64,000 bases of DNA from Octopus vulgaris (GCA_951406725.2 OX597823.1:79794001-79858000), one strand, 5' to 3'; shown: positions 11,731 to 25,473, numbered from the stretch's first letter. The notes: generated by a model from the letters alone, not told the origin. Numbers and translations are program-made.

Positions 11731-12395
11731 TTTCATTTTACTTCTCAGAGCTCTTGATTGCACTTAATTCTTTAAGAGCGGACAACGACCTGTTGTTGAG
11801 GATCTCGCAGGGTCTCTTTCCACGATACTTAACAGCCAAGTACCAATCCCAAGATCCTCGCTGTCCCCAACAAAGCAGTTTTCTGAGCATGTTCTACTCT
11901 CATATCAATCCCGATTTCGCCAACAAATTTGAGAAACTTGGTTCTCAATGCTCCCAGCGCCCCTACAACTACAGGGCTGATAGTTACTCTCTTCATTGCC
12001 CACACTCGTACAACTTCACCTTTTCGTAGCTTGTCCTTTTCAGTCCTTTCTATCTCTTTGTCATCCATTCGTGAATCGACAGAAATCACAATATATGTGA
12101 TCCTGGTTTCATTCTTCCTATTATCCAATACGACAATGTCTGGTCTTCGAGCATTAATTACTGAGTCAGACTGAATTGTAAAAATTCCCATAAGTTCTTT
12201 TACTTATTATTCTCAGTGATGCCTTCTGGTTTATGTTCGTACCACTTCTGTGTCTCCTTTCAAGATCGTATTTCTCACACAATCTCCAGTGAACGAACTA
12301 AGATACATTATCATGCTTCATTTTTATATTCGATTTGGGCCAGTTTGTTACACTCACAATATGTGAGATTGTTTTGCTTTTACTAGCACACATAC
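11729..12395 (-). pseudogene. R4/Dong-clade LINE 3' fragment (zinc-knuckle remnant plus RLE endonuclease) ending in (TAA)n
   Basis: ORF 11829-12191: RRPDIVVLD...PVVVGALG...QKTALLGTARIL; 3' UTR runs into the (TAA)n tract at 11680-11728. Confidence 0.85.
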
Positions 12396-12426
12396 AACAA
12401 AAACAGCAACAACAATAACAATAACA

Positions 12427-12492
<66 letters not shown>

Positions 12493-12521
12493 GCTACTAC
12501 TACTACTATTTTAATTAATAA

Positions 12522-13365
12522 AGCGGCGAGCTGGCAGAATCGTTAGCACGCCGGGCGAAATGCTTAGCGGTATTTCGTCTGCCGCTACGTTCTGAGTTCA
12601 AATTCCACCGAGATCGACTTTACCTTTCATTCTTTCGGGGTCGATAAATTAAGTACCAGTTACGCACTGGAGTCGATCTAATCGACTTAATCCCTTTGTC
12701 TCTCCTTGTTTGTCTCCCCTATGGTTAGCCCCTTGTGGGCAATAAAGAAATAAGAAACGTTAGCATACCGGGCGAAATTCTTAGCGGTAATTCGTCTGCC
12801 GCTACGTTCTGAGTTCAAATTCCGCCAAGGTCGACTTTGCCTTTCATCCTTTCGAGGTCAATTAAATAAGTACCAGTTACGCACTGGGGTCGATATAATC
12901 GACTTAATCCGTTTGTCTGTCTTTGTTTGTCCTCTCTGTGTTTAACCCGCTGTGGGTAGTAAAGAAATAGGTATTTCGTCTGCCGTTACGTTCTGAGTTC
13001 CGCCGAGATCGACCTTGCCTTTCATCCTTTCAAGGTTGATAAATTAAGTTCCAGTTACTCACTGGGGTCGATATAATCGACTTAATCCCTTTGTCTCTCT
13101 TTGTTTGTTCCCACTATGTTTAGCCCCTTGTGGGCAATAAAGAAATAAGAGTCGTTAGCACGCTGAATAAAATGTTTAGCGGCATTTCGTCTGTCTTTAC
13201 GTTCTGATTTCAAATCCCGCTGAGGTCAGCTTTGCCGTTGATCCATCTGGTGTCAATAAAATAAATATCCATTGAGTACTGAGGAGGAGAGGGGATGTAA
13301 TTGACTGGCCCCCTCCCCACCCCATAAATTTCAGGCCTTGTGTCTTTAGTAGAGAGGATTATTAT
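12522..13365 (+). mobile_element. SINE family B tetramer
   Basis: Four head-to-tail units starting near 12522, 12753, 12970 and 13148; the last unit has an alternative tail. Confidence 0.85.
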
Positions 13366-13595
13366 TTTTCATTCTAAATACTCACCAAGATCGGAAATAC
13401 TCCACCGACTTAGCAAAATCTGTTAAGTCCCAATGAGACACAATGTATTATCGACCCCCAAAAAGAATCCCAAATGGACGAGTCAGTAAGCTCCCTGTCC
13501 CAACTATCAAAAGTTGGACGATTTGTACATCGTCAGTTGTTTCGTGTTAGATTTTTGCTAATCTTGAAGGCACTCGACTCTCAACGATTCATTCA

Positions 13596-13907
13596 GTTGT
13601 TGTTTTGTTTGTTCCTTCTCGAACCACGCCTGGCTCATAATGACCGGTTTCCCGGTTTCCTTGGCGTATAGGTTCCCCACCTGGATGGGACGCCAGTCCA
13701 TCGCAGGTGAGTTGCAAGATGCAGGAGGAAAGAGTGAGAGAAAGTTGTGGCGAAAGAGCCAGCAGAAGTTCGCCATTACCTTCTACCGGAGCCGCGTGGA
13801 GCTTAGGTGCTTCGCTCATAAACACACACATCGCCCGGTCTGTGATTCGAACCCACGATCCCTCGACCGCGTGTCCGCTGCTCTAACCACTAGGCCATGT
13901 GCCTCCA
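13596..13907 (-). mobile_element. tRNA-derived SINE family D
   Basis: TGGAGGCACATGGCCTAGTGGTTAGAGCA head; (CAA)-type tail; TSD CAACGATTCAT (13582-13592, 13908-13918); second copy at 45870-46175. Confidence 0.9.
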
Positions 13908-14201
13908 CAACGATTCATCCTAGCTGGTGCTAATTGGATAAAATGTTTTGACAGCGTGAACGACTAACTGCAGATAAATATTCGTTCATTTTTCTGTATT
14001 CTTATTTTATAATTCATTCCATCTTTTATGGTTATATGGCTTACTTTCGACTCAAAGACTCTTGAAAACGGCCAAGAACGTTTTCGTGTTAGCTAAAATG
14101 TCTTGCGGAATAAATTCCGTTGCTCTGTGTTCGAATCCCTCCGAGGTCAACTTTGCTTTTCATCCTTCAAAGGTCAATCAAGTACTGTACCAGTCAATAC
14201 T

Positions 14202-14260
<59 letters not shown>

Positions 14261-14688
14261 CCTCTTTCTCTCTCTTTCTCTCTCATTCTCTCGGAATTAG
14301 CTACGGGCCGCAGGAGACTACAGACAGTGTTCTTTTCTTGAATAGAAAAAGAAATGAGCGCGGTTTTAATAGCCTCTTGACAGACTGATAAACAGTAGGT
14401 GCCCCAGCATGACCGCAGCCGCATGGTTGAAACGAGTAAAAGAGTAAGACAACAACTGCATCGGAACATCCGAATATTGGACTCTAGCAAGCATTTCAAT
14501 AATGACAACATTAGTATTATATTATTAGAAAATATACACTAGCGACGGCGGCTGTGTTAATACCGGGAGGTACTCTTTATCTCCACTTAAACTTCCCTGT
14601 GGTAGATTCCATGAGAGAAGCTCTCATATCGACTTTTTGATGCAAAATGATTTCTTGTTTATATCTCTAGAGAGGAGATAAGCTGGCC

Positions 14689-15084
14689 GGAAGCATTCCG
14701 TCGATTACGAGGATGAGGGTTCCGGTTGATCCGAATCAACGGAACAGCCTGCTCGTGAAATCAACGTGTAAGTGGCTGAGCACTCCACAGACACGTGTAC
14801 CCTTAACGTAGTTCTCGGAGATATTCAGCGTGACACAGAGAGTGACACAGAGAGTGACAAGGCCGGCCCCTTGAAATACAGGTACAACAGAAACAGGAAG
14901 TAAGAGTGAGAGAAAGTTGTGGTGAAAGAGTACAGCAGGGATCACCACCATCCCCTGCCAGAGTCTCGTGGAGCTTTTAGGTGTTTTCGCTCAATAAACA
15001 CTGACAACGCCCGGTCTGGGAATCGAAACCGCGATCCTATGACCGCGAGTCCGCTGCCCTAACCACTGGGCCATTGCGCCTCTA
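14689..15084 (-). mobile_element. tRNA-derived SINE family C
   Basis: GGCGCAATGGCCCAGTGGTTAGGGCAGCGGACTCGCGG head; 15-bp TSD CTAGAGAGGAGATAA (14667-14681, 15085-15099). Confidence 0.9.
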
Positions 15085-15665
15085 CTAGAGAGGAGATAAA
15101 TCCCCGCTACCGCCAGCGCCGATACCACCATATCACGTGATTTCGACCTTGTTAGAAAGTGATGTGGCAGAAACGAAAGATGGCTTGATCGATGAGCCAA
15201 AGAGAAAGGTCCTTATGTGGCCACAAAATCTGTTAGAAATAGCAGCCAATTCTGGTTAAGATCTATTTTTTTTTCCTTCAGCCCTAGGACTCATAATTCC
15301 GGTTAACCGGTTTCTATGAGAAATAAGTAACCAAAATCACAGCATTCACCTTGGAGTATTTAAGTTTTCTTCCTTTATTTTAAGAATTCAAATCTTGCAA
15401 GGTTCCACTTCACTTTTGGATCATACTGATTCGGCAAAGGACAAGATATGTACTAAGCTTGATTCAGTCAGTAATACATCTTTGTTTTAGCTTTTTTTTT
15501 GTTTTTTTTTTTTGTTTTTTGTTTTTTTTTCTTATAGTAGTAGTAGTAGTAATGGTAATGGCGAAGGTTAAATCGAGTGAGATTTAAATCCAGAAAACTA
15601 AATACTGTTGTATTTAGATCTGTGTGCCACCATTTCTGCTTCTTCCCCACGTTTCTTATAGTCTG

Positions 15666-15800
<135 letters not shown>

Positions 15801-16009
15801 TACACCACAGCAGTGTTTCGTTTCTTAGCCTTTTTTCAGTACATTCGCCCTTTACTCGTTCATCATCTCGTTGCCTGCCCACCCCATACATATATATAAT
15901 TCAAGAAAAGTAATCTTGTATACAACACAATTTAATAAATAATAACTTTAGCAGCTGTTTAGTAATTTTATACTAACAACTTCATATTAGCGTTTTTTAA
16001 ATTAGTAAA

Positions 16010-16250
16010 GGCAAGTGGCCTAGTGGTTATAGGGGTTTCGCTCATAATCGCGATATTGTTATTTCGATAACCAGACCGGGTAGTATATTTTCTTTTTGTG
16101 CAAAATACTTCATTTCATGTCGTTCCAGTCCACTAAACTATGAATGAATAACACTACGACGGACTGACATCCTGACCACGGGTGATGTTGTCACATAGGT
16201 CACTTATACTCCGTGAAAACAGGACACTCAGCCCTTAGAGTCCCGAGACA
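16010..16250 (+). mobile_element. Old SINE with tRNA head and CORE-like centre (family F-related)
   Basis: GGCAAGTGGCCTAGTGGTT head, CAAAATACTTCATTTCATGTCGTTCCAGTCCAC centre, ACGACGGACTGACATCC tail. Confidence 0.55.
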
Positions 16251-17947
16251 GAAATGTCCAGGAGTTGATGATTCTTAAAATCGTTATAAAAAAAATAAAT
16301 CAAATGCAATGTAGATAATGCTTTCTGATTTAAATGAATAGATCCTTGTACTAGACTGGTACTTTATTTTATTGACCCCCAGATGAATAAAAGGGAAAAT
16401 TGACCTTGATTGGATTTGAACTTAGAATGTAAACTGCTGGCCTTCTACCAAAACTCAAAACCTTTATATAACGTTCAGAAAATGGGTAAGATGGCAGAAT
16501 CGCTACTGCACCGGGTAAAATACTTAGTGGCATTTCTTCCGCCTTTATACTTTCTGAGTTCAAAAGCCGCCAAGGTAGACTTTGTCTTTCATACCTTTCT
16601 TCTGTCGATAAAATGAGTACCAACTGAGCATTAGGTTCAATGTAATCGACTTTCCCCTACCTCTAGAAGTTTGGGCTTTATGCTAAAATTTGAAACAACG
16701 TATTATGTTCAGAGAAAGCATATTTTAGTGTAGAATGTAATGCAGATACATTGCGACGATAGACTTGCTAAACTTTATTTGAAAAGGTTCTCTGCTGACC
16801 GACAACCAGCCCTGTGGGAATTGGACGGTTCATATTCTCTCTTTAGGTCTTCTTTCTGAGTTCAAATGCTGTTGGGTGTTGCTTTAGTTTTCTCACTACT
16901 GCAAATTAAGGACACTGCATTTGCTTTGTATGTAAAAAGATACATAGCACTCAATGTATCATTTTATCAGTGATACTGTTGTTTAGTCCAAGATCTACCC
17001 CAGTTGAAGAAACATATTATGAAAGACGTTCTAATTGCGGTCAATTCGTATTTTCTCCAGATATAGAGCATCTACGACTAAATTATCAAACGGAACCTTT
17101 TTACGTCTAGAAGACATGATAGTGTGTATGACAGGTCATCTAGCTGCTATTTCCAGCTAGTCGAGCTGTCCTTATATGCTCTCGTTGAGAGTGTACTACT
17201 AGTTCGCCTTGACCAGTATAATATTGTTTATGAGTATTTCCTTTGCTGGCGGTGCTGAATTCAGTTCCTAGTAAGAGTATAAAGCTTGGAAAGAGGCATG
17301 TTCTGTTATCTTACGTATACCACATAAAAAAAAAATAGAAAAGCACTCGGAGAGCGCAAACTTCCGCCAAGAAGCTCATTTCCACTCATATACACTCATG
17401 CTGAAAATCGCCCAATTTCCCAAACCAACGCCGGCAAAAACATAACATCCTCCCATACTTATCTCGATCATCGTCATCATCAACACTGACTCTGCTTTCA
17501 CCACAATCACCGTCAAAACTACGATCACCACAATCAGTTTCTTTACACAGTTGAAAATCCATTATTCGATAATTATGGGACCGAGATTGATGCAGATTTT
17601 TCATTTTTCTAATTTCGGAGTGCTTTATTTAAAAAAAAATTCCATCTACAAATCGGAACAGTTTGAGGATAGAAACCATGTCTAAACACAATAGCTTATA
17701 AACAGACATGCACAGAATGTAGTTCTATATAAATCTTTCATAATATTTTTAATATTTAAGACTATCAGAAATGTTAAGATATCAGCCTCTACCCACGTTG
17801 TCATGCTTTGCTTAAAAGGTTACAGCATATGTTTTGTTATGCAGAAAGCATCCTTGAATTACTTCTCTCGGTTATTCTTTTAGATATCAAAACGGTTTGC
17901 ATTTCTTTTTGATTCACTTTACCCAATTTTTGTCATATATTTCACTC

Positions 17948-18163
17948 CGGCGAGCTGGCAGAACCGTTAGCACGCCGGGCGAAATGCGTAGCTGTATTTC
18001 GTCTGCCGTTACGTTCTGAGTTCAAATTCCGCCGAGGTCGACTTTGCCGTTCATCCTTTCGGGGTCGATAAATTAAGTACCAGTTACGCACTGGGGTCGA
18101 TGTAATCGACTTAATCCGTTTGTCTCCTCTGTGTGTAGCCCCTTGTGGGTAATAAAGAAACGG
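17948..18163 (+). mobile_element. SINE family B monomer
   Basis: 13-bp TSD ATATATTTCACTC (17935-17947, 18164-18176). Confidence 0.9.
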
Positions 18164-18439
18164 ATATATTTCACTCACACACCGATATAAATTTGCATGC
18201 TAATCAGAAGGAAAATATGTAGGGCGTGGCGATAAAATACTCTAACTATAGAGGAAGGTCGAGAAGGAAGAGTAGCAGCATTAATACAATAAGCAAGCAA
18301 ACAAAGTATTTTATACATCATGTAGTACTTCCTCTGCCGACAGTCTTAAGTATCTCAGGCCGTTTTATCTATTAACAGCCAGGTGGTTTGAAGTCTGAAC
18401 ATACTAGAGTTAATCAAATAATATACGTATCAAGTAAGC

Positions 18440-18595
18440 CCGAGTGATTAAAAAGTTCACTTTATAAATGCGCAGTTTCGGGTTCAATCACACTGTGAGA
18501 CGGCACATTGGGCAAGTGTCTACTATAATGGCCCTGGACCGACAAATGCCTTGTTTGAGAACTTCGTTGATTGAAACTGCGTGAACGCCCGTTGT

Positions 18596-18629
<34 letters not shown>

Positions 18630-18900
18630 TCACACACACACATTCACACACATTTATATCTATCTGCTTATGTGTGTGTGTGTGTGCATGTGTGTGTGTG
18701 TGTTTGTGTACAAGTGTTTTGTCCTTGTATTTGTCGCTCTCACCAATTGATAATCGGTATTAGTTTGAGCAAAAAAGACCGATAGTATAAAAGCCAGACT
18801 TAAAAATGGATACTGGGAGCGATTTGTTCGAATTAAATTCTTCAGGATGGTACTCCAGCATGGCCGTAATCTAATGACAGAACGAGTAAAAGATACAAGA
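18440..18900 (+). mobile_element. SINE family A, diverged
   Basis: GGCACATTGGGCAAGTGTC centre, internal (CA)n/(TG)n, CCAGCATGGCCG tail. Confidence 0.7.
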
Positions 18901-19419
18901 TAAACGATATTCTTCTGTTCGGCCGTAGAACAGCATCGGTTGTTATCGTTGACGGGACACATACATACAAGCTTTCAGATTGTTAGCTACTGTCGTTTAG
19001 CTCCTCCTAAATCCTGCTTGATGAAGGCGTTGCGTGGCCTAGTGGTTAGGGGCATTCGGTTTGTGATCATAAGGTCGTAGGTTCAATTCTTGGACTGGTC
19101 AGTGCGTTGCATCTATGGGCAAGGTACATTATTTTATGGACGTCATAAGAACTTATGAACTTTCGAGAAAACGTGAAATTTTTTTTTTTAACAATGAGCA
19201 TAAAGCTATAACTAACAGCATATAAGCATTGGACTGAAAAACCTCATTAGAATAGTCGGAGGCGGTCCGAATGACTCGAACCTACATCTGTAGACATGAC
19301 AAGTGTTCTACTACTGGACCAAAGCAATCCTTCGAATTTCTCTCACCGAAACTTAATTCGTGCCAGCGAGAATTGTATGGTGTTTGATGTCATAAAGAAT
19401 TTATAGATATTCGAAAAAA

Positions 19420-19810
19420 TAGGCGCAGGCGTGGCAGGGTGGTAAGAAGCTTACTTCCCAGTCAGATGGTTCCGCGTTCAGCCCCACTGCGTGGCACCTG
19501 GGGTGAGGTGTCTTCTACTATGGCCTTGAGCCGACCAAATCCTTGTGAGTGGATTTGGCGGACTGAAACTTAAAAAGTCTGTCGTATATTTGTGTGTGTG
19601 TGTGTGTGTATGTGTGTGTGTGTGTGTGTGTGTCTGTGTAACTCGGCGGTTTTGTGTCCCTGTAACCCGGCAGTTCAGCAAAAAGAGACGGACAGAATAT
19701 TTACCAGGCTTTAAAAAATAAGTACTACGGTCGATTCGTTCGACTAAAATTCTTCAAGGCGATGCTCCAGCGTGGCCGCAACCTAATGACTGAAGCAAAT
19801 AAAAGATAAA
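19420..19810 (+). mobile_element. SINE family A
   Basis: AGGCGCAGGCGTGGC head to TAAAAGATAAA tail. Confidence 0.8.
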
Positions 19811-20061
19811 TTAAGAAATTATTATTTTTTTTGGAGCAGTAAATCTCGAAGTACATAAAGCTATAGTAGCAATTAGATACTGGATTGAATAACCTTCTAG
19901 CTTAGAAAAGTTCAAAGGCTGCCTGTAGTAATCGAACCTACATCTGTACTTTATTTGGTATTGTTTTAGTCCTCACAATTGAAATCAGCGCTGGTGCAGT
20001 TCTATCCTCACCTATGACTTATATACTGCATGTTTTGCTCGTTCAAAGCATGGAGGGCCGA

Positions 20062-20400
20062 TAGTACACCTCCTCGACTTACGACCGAGTTCCATTCCGA
20101 CTGACAGGTCGCAAGTCGATCATATCGTATGTCGGATTTATATTTTTCAACACAATTTTTATTCAAACCCAGCTGGTGCTTGAAAGCGACTGAGTAAGAG
20201 ACAGTGGCAGGCAATGAGATGCCTGGGTCTGGGGGAGGCTTGCGTTGCCTGATGCAGCCCTAGTTATCGTACGCGTAGATACCCAACGCCCGAAAAGCAG
20301 TCATTTATTTATTTATCTATTTATTTTTATTTAATTTTTTGTGGCCGTAAGTGCAGATGGTCGTAAGTCGCATAGATCGTAAGGAGAAGGTGTATATCTA
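20062..20400. mobile_element. Tigger-like MITE, degenerate
   Basis: TACACCTCCTCGACTTACGACC at the left end and repeated GGTCGTAAGTCG / GATCGTAAGGAGAAGGTGTA at the right end. Confidence 0.5.
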
Positions 20401-20749
20401 TGACTACTTACGATTACACAGGCACCTAAAACAATCAGCGAAATCATGGTACATATTTCCAAGCCACACAGCAGCTTTATATTTTTTATATCTCTGTCAA
20501 ACAGACATTCCAGCTGAAACCGTTTCATCTTTTAGGGGAGGTCATTTATAATAACTTTGCCTAATTGTGTCCTTCAAGATTTTAACAGTGCGGTGTGATA
20601 ACGAAGGAGATTTGGCTGCTATGTCTAGCGAGTCAAGTGACCATGTACATGCTCTTTCAAGGGCTCGTTCAATTGTTAGTTCTGACAGACGAGCGATTTT
20701 ACATCATCCGATAAAGTAATGTACTACAAGTTAAGCGAGCTATGATCCT

Positions 20750-20960
20750 TTTTACTATAGGCACAAGGCCTGACATTTGAGGGGTCAGGGCGAGACAATT
20801 TCATCGAACCCGGAACGCAATTGGTACTTATTTCATCGACCGCAAAAGGGTGAAAAGCAAAGTCGACCTCGGTGGAATTTGAAGCCAGAATGTAAAGACA
20901 GACGAAATGCCGCTAGGCGTCTTGTCCGGTGGACTAACGATTCTGCCAGCTCACTGCCGT
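20750..20960 (-). mobile_element. SINE family B, diverged
   Basis: CAAAGTCGACCTCGGTGGAATTTGAA and TTCTGCCAGCTCAC. Confidence 0.75.
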
Positions 20961-21658
20961 TTGGTTAAAAAAAAGACATAATGTAAGAATGTTGTAAATA
21001 GATAAATAAGTTCCTTTGAAATCACGAGCTCATCTTGTCGGGGGTTCACATTCTTAGATTCCTTATTAGAACATCTGAAGTATCTATTTTTCCTCAGAGA
21101 CTTGTAAATGTTTAGCAACTCTTTCTGTATTACAGACTTCACTTTGAACAACGAGAAGTGGGTAGAGGCTTTTTCTACGTAAGAAAAAAAAATACACGAG
21201 AAAGTATTTAAATGTAAGAAAAACGCACAAAATAAAAAATGTTACATAATAGCCTTTTCAACACTCTTAAAACAAGCCCCTGAACGTCTAGAAAGGTATA
21301 TGCTACATAAATATTTTAACATCTAATGGAAAGGACTCCAATGCTTATATATATATATCATACATGTAGGTAAACGATTGCGTGTATATGAAGTGAATGT
21401 GTTACCATTTATATATGCGCAAAAAAATCGTTGCAGCTTTTTCAGAGACGTGCTGTCTGGGGTGGTAAAATACACATTCTGCCTAGATTAAATCTGTAAT
21501 AAGTTAATTATTAAATATTAAATTATATAAATATTAAATTTAAAAAAGTAAATGATTTCTAATTCATTATAAAGTAGTGGAATTTAGTATTTAATTCAAT
21601 AATTAACGAATCATTTGATGTTAGATAAGTTCAGTTTCTCCCTGCATTTCGCCCTCAG

Positions 21659-21667
21659 TGTATAGAG
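21659..21667 (+). other. Candidate 9-nt microexon TGTATAGAG
   Basis: Polypyrimidine tract with TGC, TTTCTCCCTGCATTTCGCCCTCAG, then a 9-nt exon and donor GAG|GTATGC, in repeat-free sequence. Confidence 0.4.
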
Positions 21668-21894
21668 GTATGCGTAACGCTATTAACACTTACCACCGCC
21701 GTATAATAAGTAAAGCAGCAGAACTCATTAAATGTAGTGTCATGAAGACAGAAAATGTTCTGCTTTTGTTTAAGTATCAATACAGAGCAAATCATATGAG
21801 CAACTGTGTTGCATTACGTGTGTTGTTGTCGATTCAGGCAAGTGTGGCTGTGTTGCTAAGATGTCTGTCTGTCTGTCTGTATTCTTCTTTCATT

Positions 21895-22093
21895 CTCTTA
21901 CCTGTTTCAGTCATTTGACTGCGGCCATGCAGAAGCACCGCTTTTAGTCGCGAAAATCGACCTCAGGACTTATTCTTTGTAAGTCTAGTACTTATTTTAT
22001 CAGTCTCTTTTGCCGAACCGCTAAGTTACGATAACGTAAACACACCAGCATCGGTTGTCAAGCGATAGTGGGGGGACAAACACAGAGACACAA

Positions 22094-22157
<64 letters not shown>

Positions 22158-22331
22158 GCATATATATACGACGGGTTTCTTTCAGCTTCCGTCTACCAAA
22201 TCGAATCACAAGGCTTTGGTCGACCCGGGGTTATAGTAGAAAGCACTTGCCTAGGTGCCACACAGTGGGAATGAACCTGGAACCAGGCGGTTGGTAAGCA
22301 AGCTACTTACCACACAGCCACTTCTGCGCCT
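21895..22331 (-). mobile_element. SINE family A
   Basis: Reverse complement of family A with a long internal (CA)n. Confidence 0.9.
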
Positions 22332-22417
22332 ATGTATGTATGAATGTATGCATGTATGTATGTATTCTGTGTTAAGGCTATCAGTTTATAGCCCAAGTGA
22401 AACCGAGTCCTTCTGCT

Positions 22418-22455
<38 letters not shown>

Positions 22456-22457
22456 AA

Positions 22458-23270
22458 TGTGCATCTAACTATCTGCCAAAGTCAGTGGTGATGGACCACA
22501 AGGTACTGTGTTGGACTCACTCCTCTTCATTATCTACATCAATGACATAGTAGACGTCATTAAACGTTCTACATTGGAAATCTTTGCAGATGATTCCAAA
22601 CTCCAGAAAGCCATAAACGGTATGAGAGACCGAATATACCTTCAGTCGGATCTATTTGCTGTTGTCCAATGGGCGGAGAAAAATAATATGCTACTAAATG
22701 AAGATAAGTTTGATTTGATCCACTTTGGAAAAGAGGATACTCTGAAATTACCATATGCTTTTATCTCAGGTGACTCCCTAGTGTCATCTAACAACACCAG
22801 AGACCTTGGAGTAATTGTTGATAACAATCTAAGCTGGAGCTCCCACGTAAAGAGCAAGTTTGTCTTGGTCCGCAAGATGTGCTCCTGGATTCTGAGAACT
22901 TTCCGGTCTAGAGATGCCTACACCATCATCCTTTTCTACTCTACTTTTGTCCGACCCCACCTTGAATATTGTTGGCCACAGTGGTCTCCCCATATGAAAC
23001 AGCTCATTATGAAAGTAGAAGCACTCCAGAGGTCAATAACAAGAAAGATAGACGGTATGAAAGGTATTGACTATTGGGATCGACTAAAAAACTCAATCTC
23101 TACTCTCTCCAATGCCGCTGGGAGCGCTACGTCATTTGTGCGATGTGGAAAATATCCCATCAATATTGCACAAATGATGTTGCCATCAATTTTAAAATCC
23201 TTCCAAGACTTGGCCTCCATGCTATCCGCCTACTACAAAAATCGAACTCAGGACACATAGCAACATTATG
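22458..23270 (+). pseudogene. CR1/L2-group LINE reverse transcriptase fragment
   Basis: PQGTVL..LFIIYINDI..FADDSKL..RDLGVIVD..VRPHLEYC; frameshifted and 5'-truncated at (TA)n. Confidence 0.9.
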
Positions 23271-23342
23271 TTGCTATACTTATTCATGGATCTTGATTTG
23301 TGATCGCCAGAGATACGTTATATATATATATATATATATAAA

Positions 23343-23672
23343 AAGGGTAAAGACCCCCTTCGGTCATGAATGACCATGGGATTGCACCTAGAAAGTTACC
23401 CTCCTAGACACAAGTCCGGGCAAGGTTGTTTATGGAAGACCAGCAGTCGCCCAGGCATACCAGCCTCCCCTCTCCACGCCACCAGTGTTATCCAAGGGAA
23501 AGACAAAGGTCGATACAGCTTGGCACCAGTGACGTCGCAACTCATTTCTACAGCTGAGTGAACTGGAGCAACGTGAAATAAAGTGCCTTGCTCAAGAACA
23601 CAACACGCAGCCCGGTCCGGGATTCGAGCTCACAACCTCACGATCGTAAGCTCGACGCTCTAACCACTGAGC

Positions 23673-23675
<3 letters not shown>
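23343..23675 (-). mobile_element. tRNA-derived SINE family G (CORE-like centre, distinct tail)
   Basis: ATGGCTCAGTGGTTAGAGCGTCGAGC head; GTTGTGTTCTTGAGCAAGGCACTTTATTTCACGTTGCTCCAG centre; sits between (TA)n tracts. Confidence 0.85.
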
Positions 23676-23746
<71 letters not shown>

Positions 23747-23750
<4 letters not shown>

Positions 23751-23940
23751 TGAGAATTTACAAAAAAAAACAAAAGACGAAGACGGGTGTGTAAACAACA
23801 AACAGATGTATTAGTTTAACGTTCAGGAAGTGAGAAAATCTTTTTACGTTTCGAGCCTACGCTCTTCGGCAGAAAGGAATACACAAAATTAAACAGGGAG
23901 AGAAAATAGGAAAAGGTTTAGTGGCTAACGATCTATCATT
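23747..23940 (-). mobile_element. Penelope-terminus-like repeat with a minimal HHR variant (23839-23877)
   Basis: Homologous to 26178-26381; minus strand CUUU-CUGCCGA-A-GAGC-GUAG-GCUC-GAAA-CG-UA-AAA. Confidence 0.65.
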
Positions 23941-24097
23941 AACATTTCTACTCTACTTTTTCATTGGTGTTTTTTACTTGTTGATGCAATGAAAGATTGA
24001 GCGGTATCACTTATATTCTTTCTGCTTTTGTTGTTTGTTTTAATGTTTGCCTTAGTTTTTTCATATATATATATATATGCACACGCAAACACACATG

Positions 24098-24143
<46 letters not shown>

Positions 24144-24173
24144 AATACACGTATGTAGTTATATAGATATGCA

Positions 24174-24223
<50 letters not shown>

Positions 24224-24265
24224 CACAAACACACATATGTATAATATAATATATATGATATATGA

Positions 24266-24762
24266 AAGAAATTGTTGTATACTGTGCTCGGGTGCACTAC
24301 AACTAAGAAAAAAAGGCCATCAAGTGTACAGTTGGCGGATTTTCGGAAGCGTGAAAGTTTTGAGGGATGTAGTGTCTCGACAGCTAACGACTGATGCGGG
24401 CAGTTTATTCCATGCTTCAACAATTCTGAACATGAAAAAATGTTTCCAAAAATCATGGGTGCTGAGTTGGTTTTTGATTTTGTGAGTATGTCCACGAGTG
24501 TTTGGCATATGGAATTCAAAAAGGTACTCAAGATTGTTGTTGGAAAGATGGTGGATAATTTTGTGGGTGTCTACTAAGACAATTACCAGACGCCTGAGCT
24601 TCAATGTGTCCATGCCCAGGAAAGCAAGACGTTCAGAGTATGCTCGATGCCTGATGGCGGGTATTCGTTTTGTTGAACAGTTTTCAGGAGCGAGGTAGAG
24701 GTTCCTTGCCGAGCAAGATAGGGGTTCAAAAATTCTGATGCAAATTCTAAGTGTTGATGTAC
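24266..24762 (-). pseudogene. CR1/L2-group LINE 3' fragment
   Basis: YSERLAFLGMDTLKLRR..TRGHTHKI..FFMFRIVEAWNKLPASVV. Confidence 0.85.
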
Positions 24763-24807
24763 CATTATATATATATATATATATATATACAACCGCACCA
24801 TTTATTG

Positions 24808-24852
<45 letters not shown>

Positions 24853-24858
24853 TATATA

Positions 24859-25410
24859 TTGGGTTGTTCGGAAAGTTCGTGCCGATTTTTAAAGGAAAAA
24901 TAAAGGTCAATAAATACTTGCCATTACATTTTGTACTCAACCAAATATGAACCATTTTGTAGCACAATGCGTCTCCATCTTTCCTTTAACGTAAAAATAC
25001 CCTCTTCCCAGAACTGAGGTGGTTTCAGGGCAAAGAATTCATCAGGTATCTTTTTTACGTCATCCAAGGAATTGAAGTTCTTACCATTAAGACTATTCTG
25101 CAGAGACCTGAATAAGTGGAAATTCGAAGGAGCAATATCTGGTGAATATGGAGGGCAGGGTAACACATCCCAGCCGAGCTGCAGCAATTTTTGTCTGGTT
25201 CCCAAAGCATCAAGTGCCGAAAATGAACTTTCTTATGTTCCATTTTAAAGGGTTACAAAATTAACACAGGTTATAGGAACATAAACCTTCTTCCACGAAA
25301 AACGTGCTCTAAATGGAGGTGTAGTCAAATCCTATTTTATGGACTCAACCATGTTTTAAAATAAGTCGAAAGGTAAGCTACTACAAATCGGCACGAACTT
25401 TCCGGACAAC

Positions 25411-25414
<4 letters not shown>
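24859..25414 (-). mobile_element. Internally deleted mariner transposon
   Basis: 30-bp TIRs TTGGGTTGTTCGGAAAGTTCGTGCCGATTT / AAATCGGCACGAACTTTCCGGACAACCCAA inside (TA)n; N-terminus MEHKKVHFRHLML fused to C-terminus PPYSPDIAPSNFHLFRSLQN. Confidence 0.92.

Positions 25415-25469
<55 letters not shown>

Positions 25470-25473
<4 letters not shown>

Noticed and set aside
17336-17720. Possible Helentron/DINE-like relic starting AAAGCACTCGGAGAGCGCAAAC
   Set aside because: Single degenerate copy in the window; the ends cannot be defined
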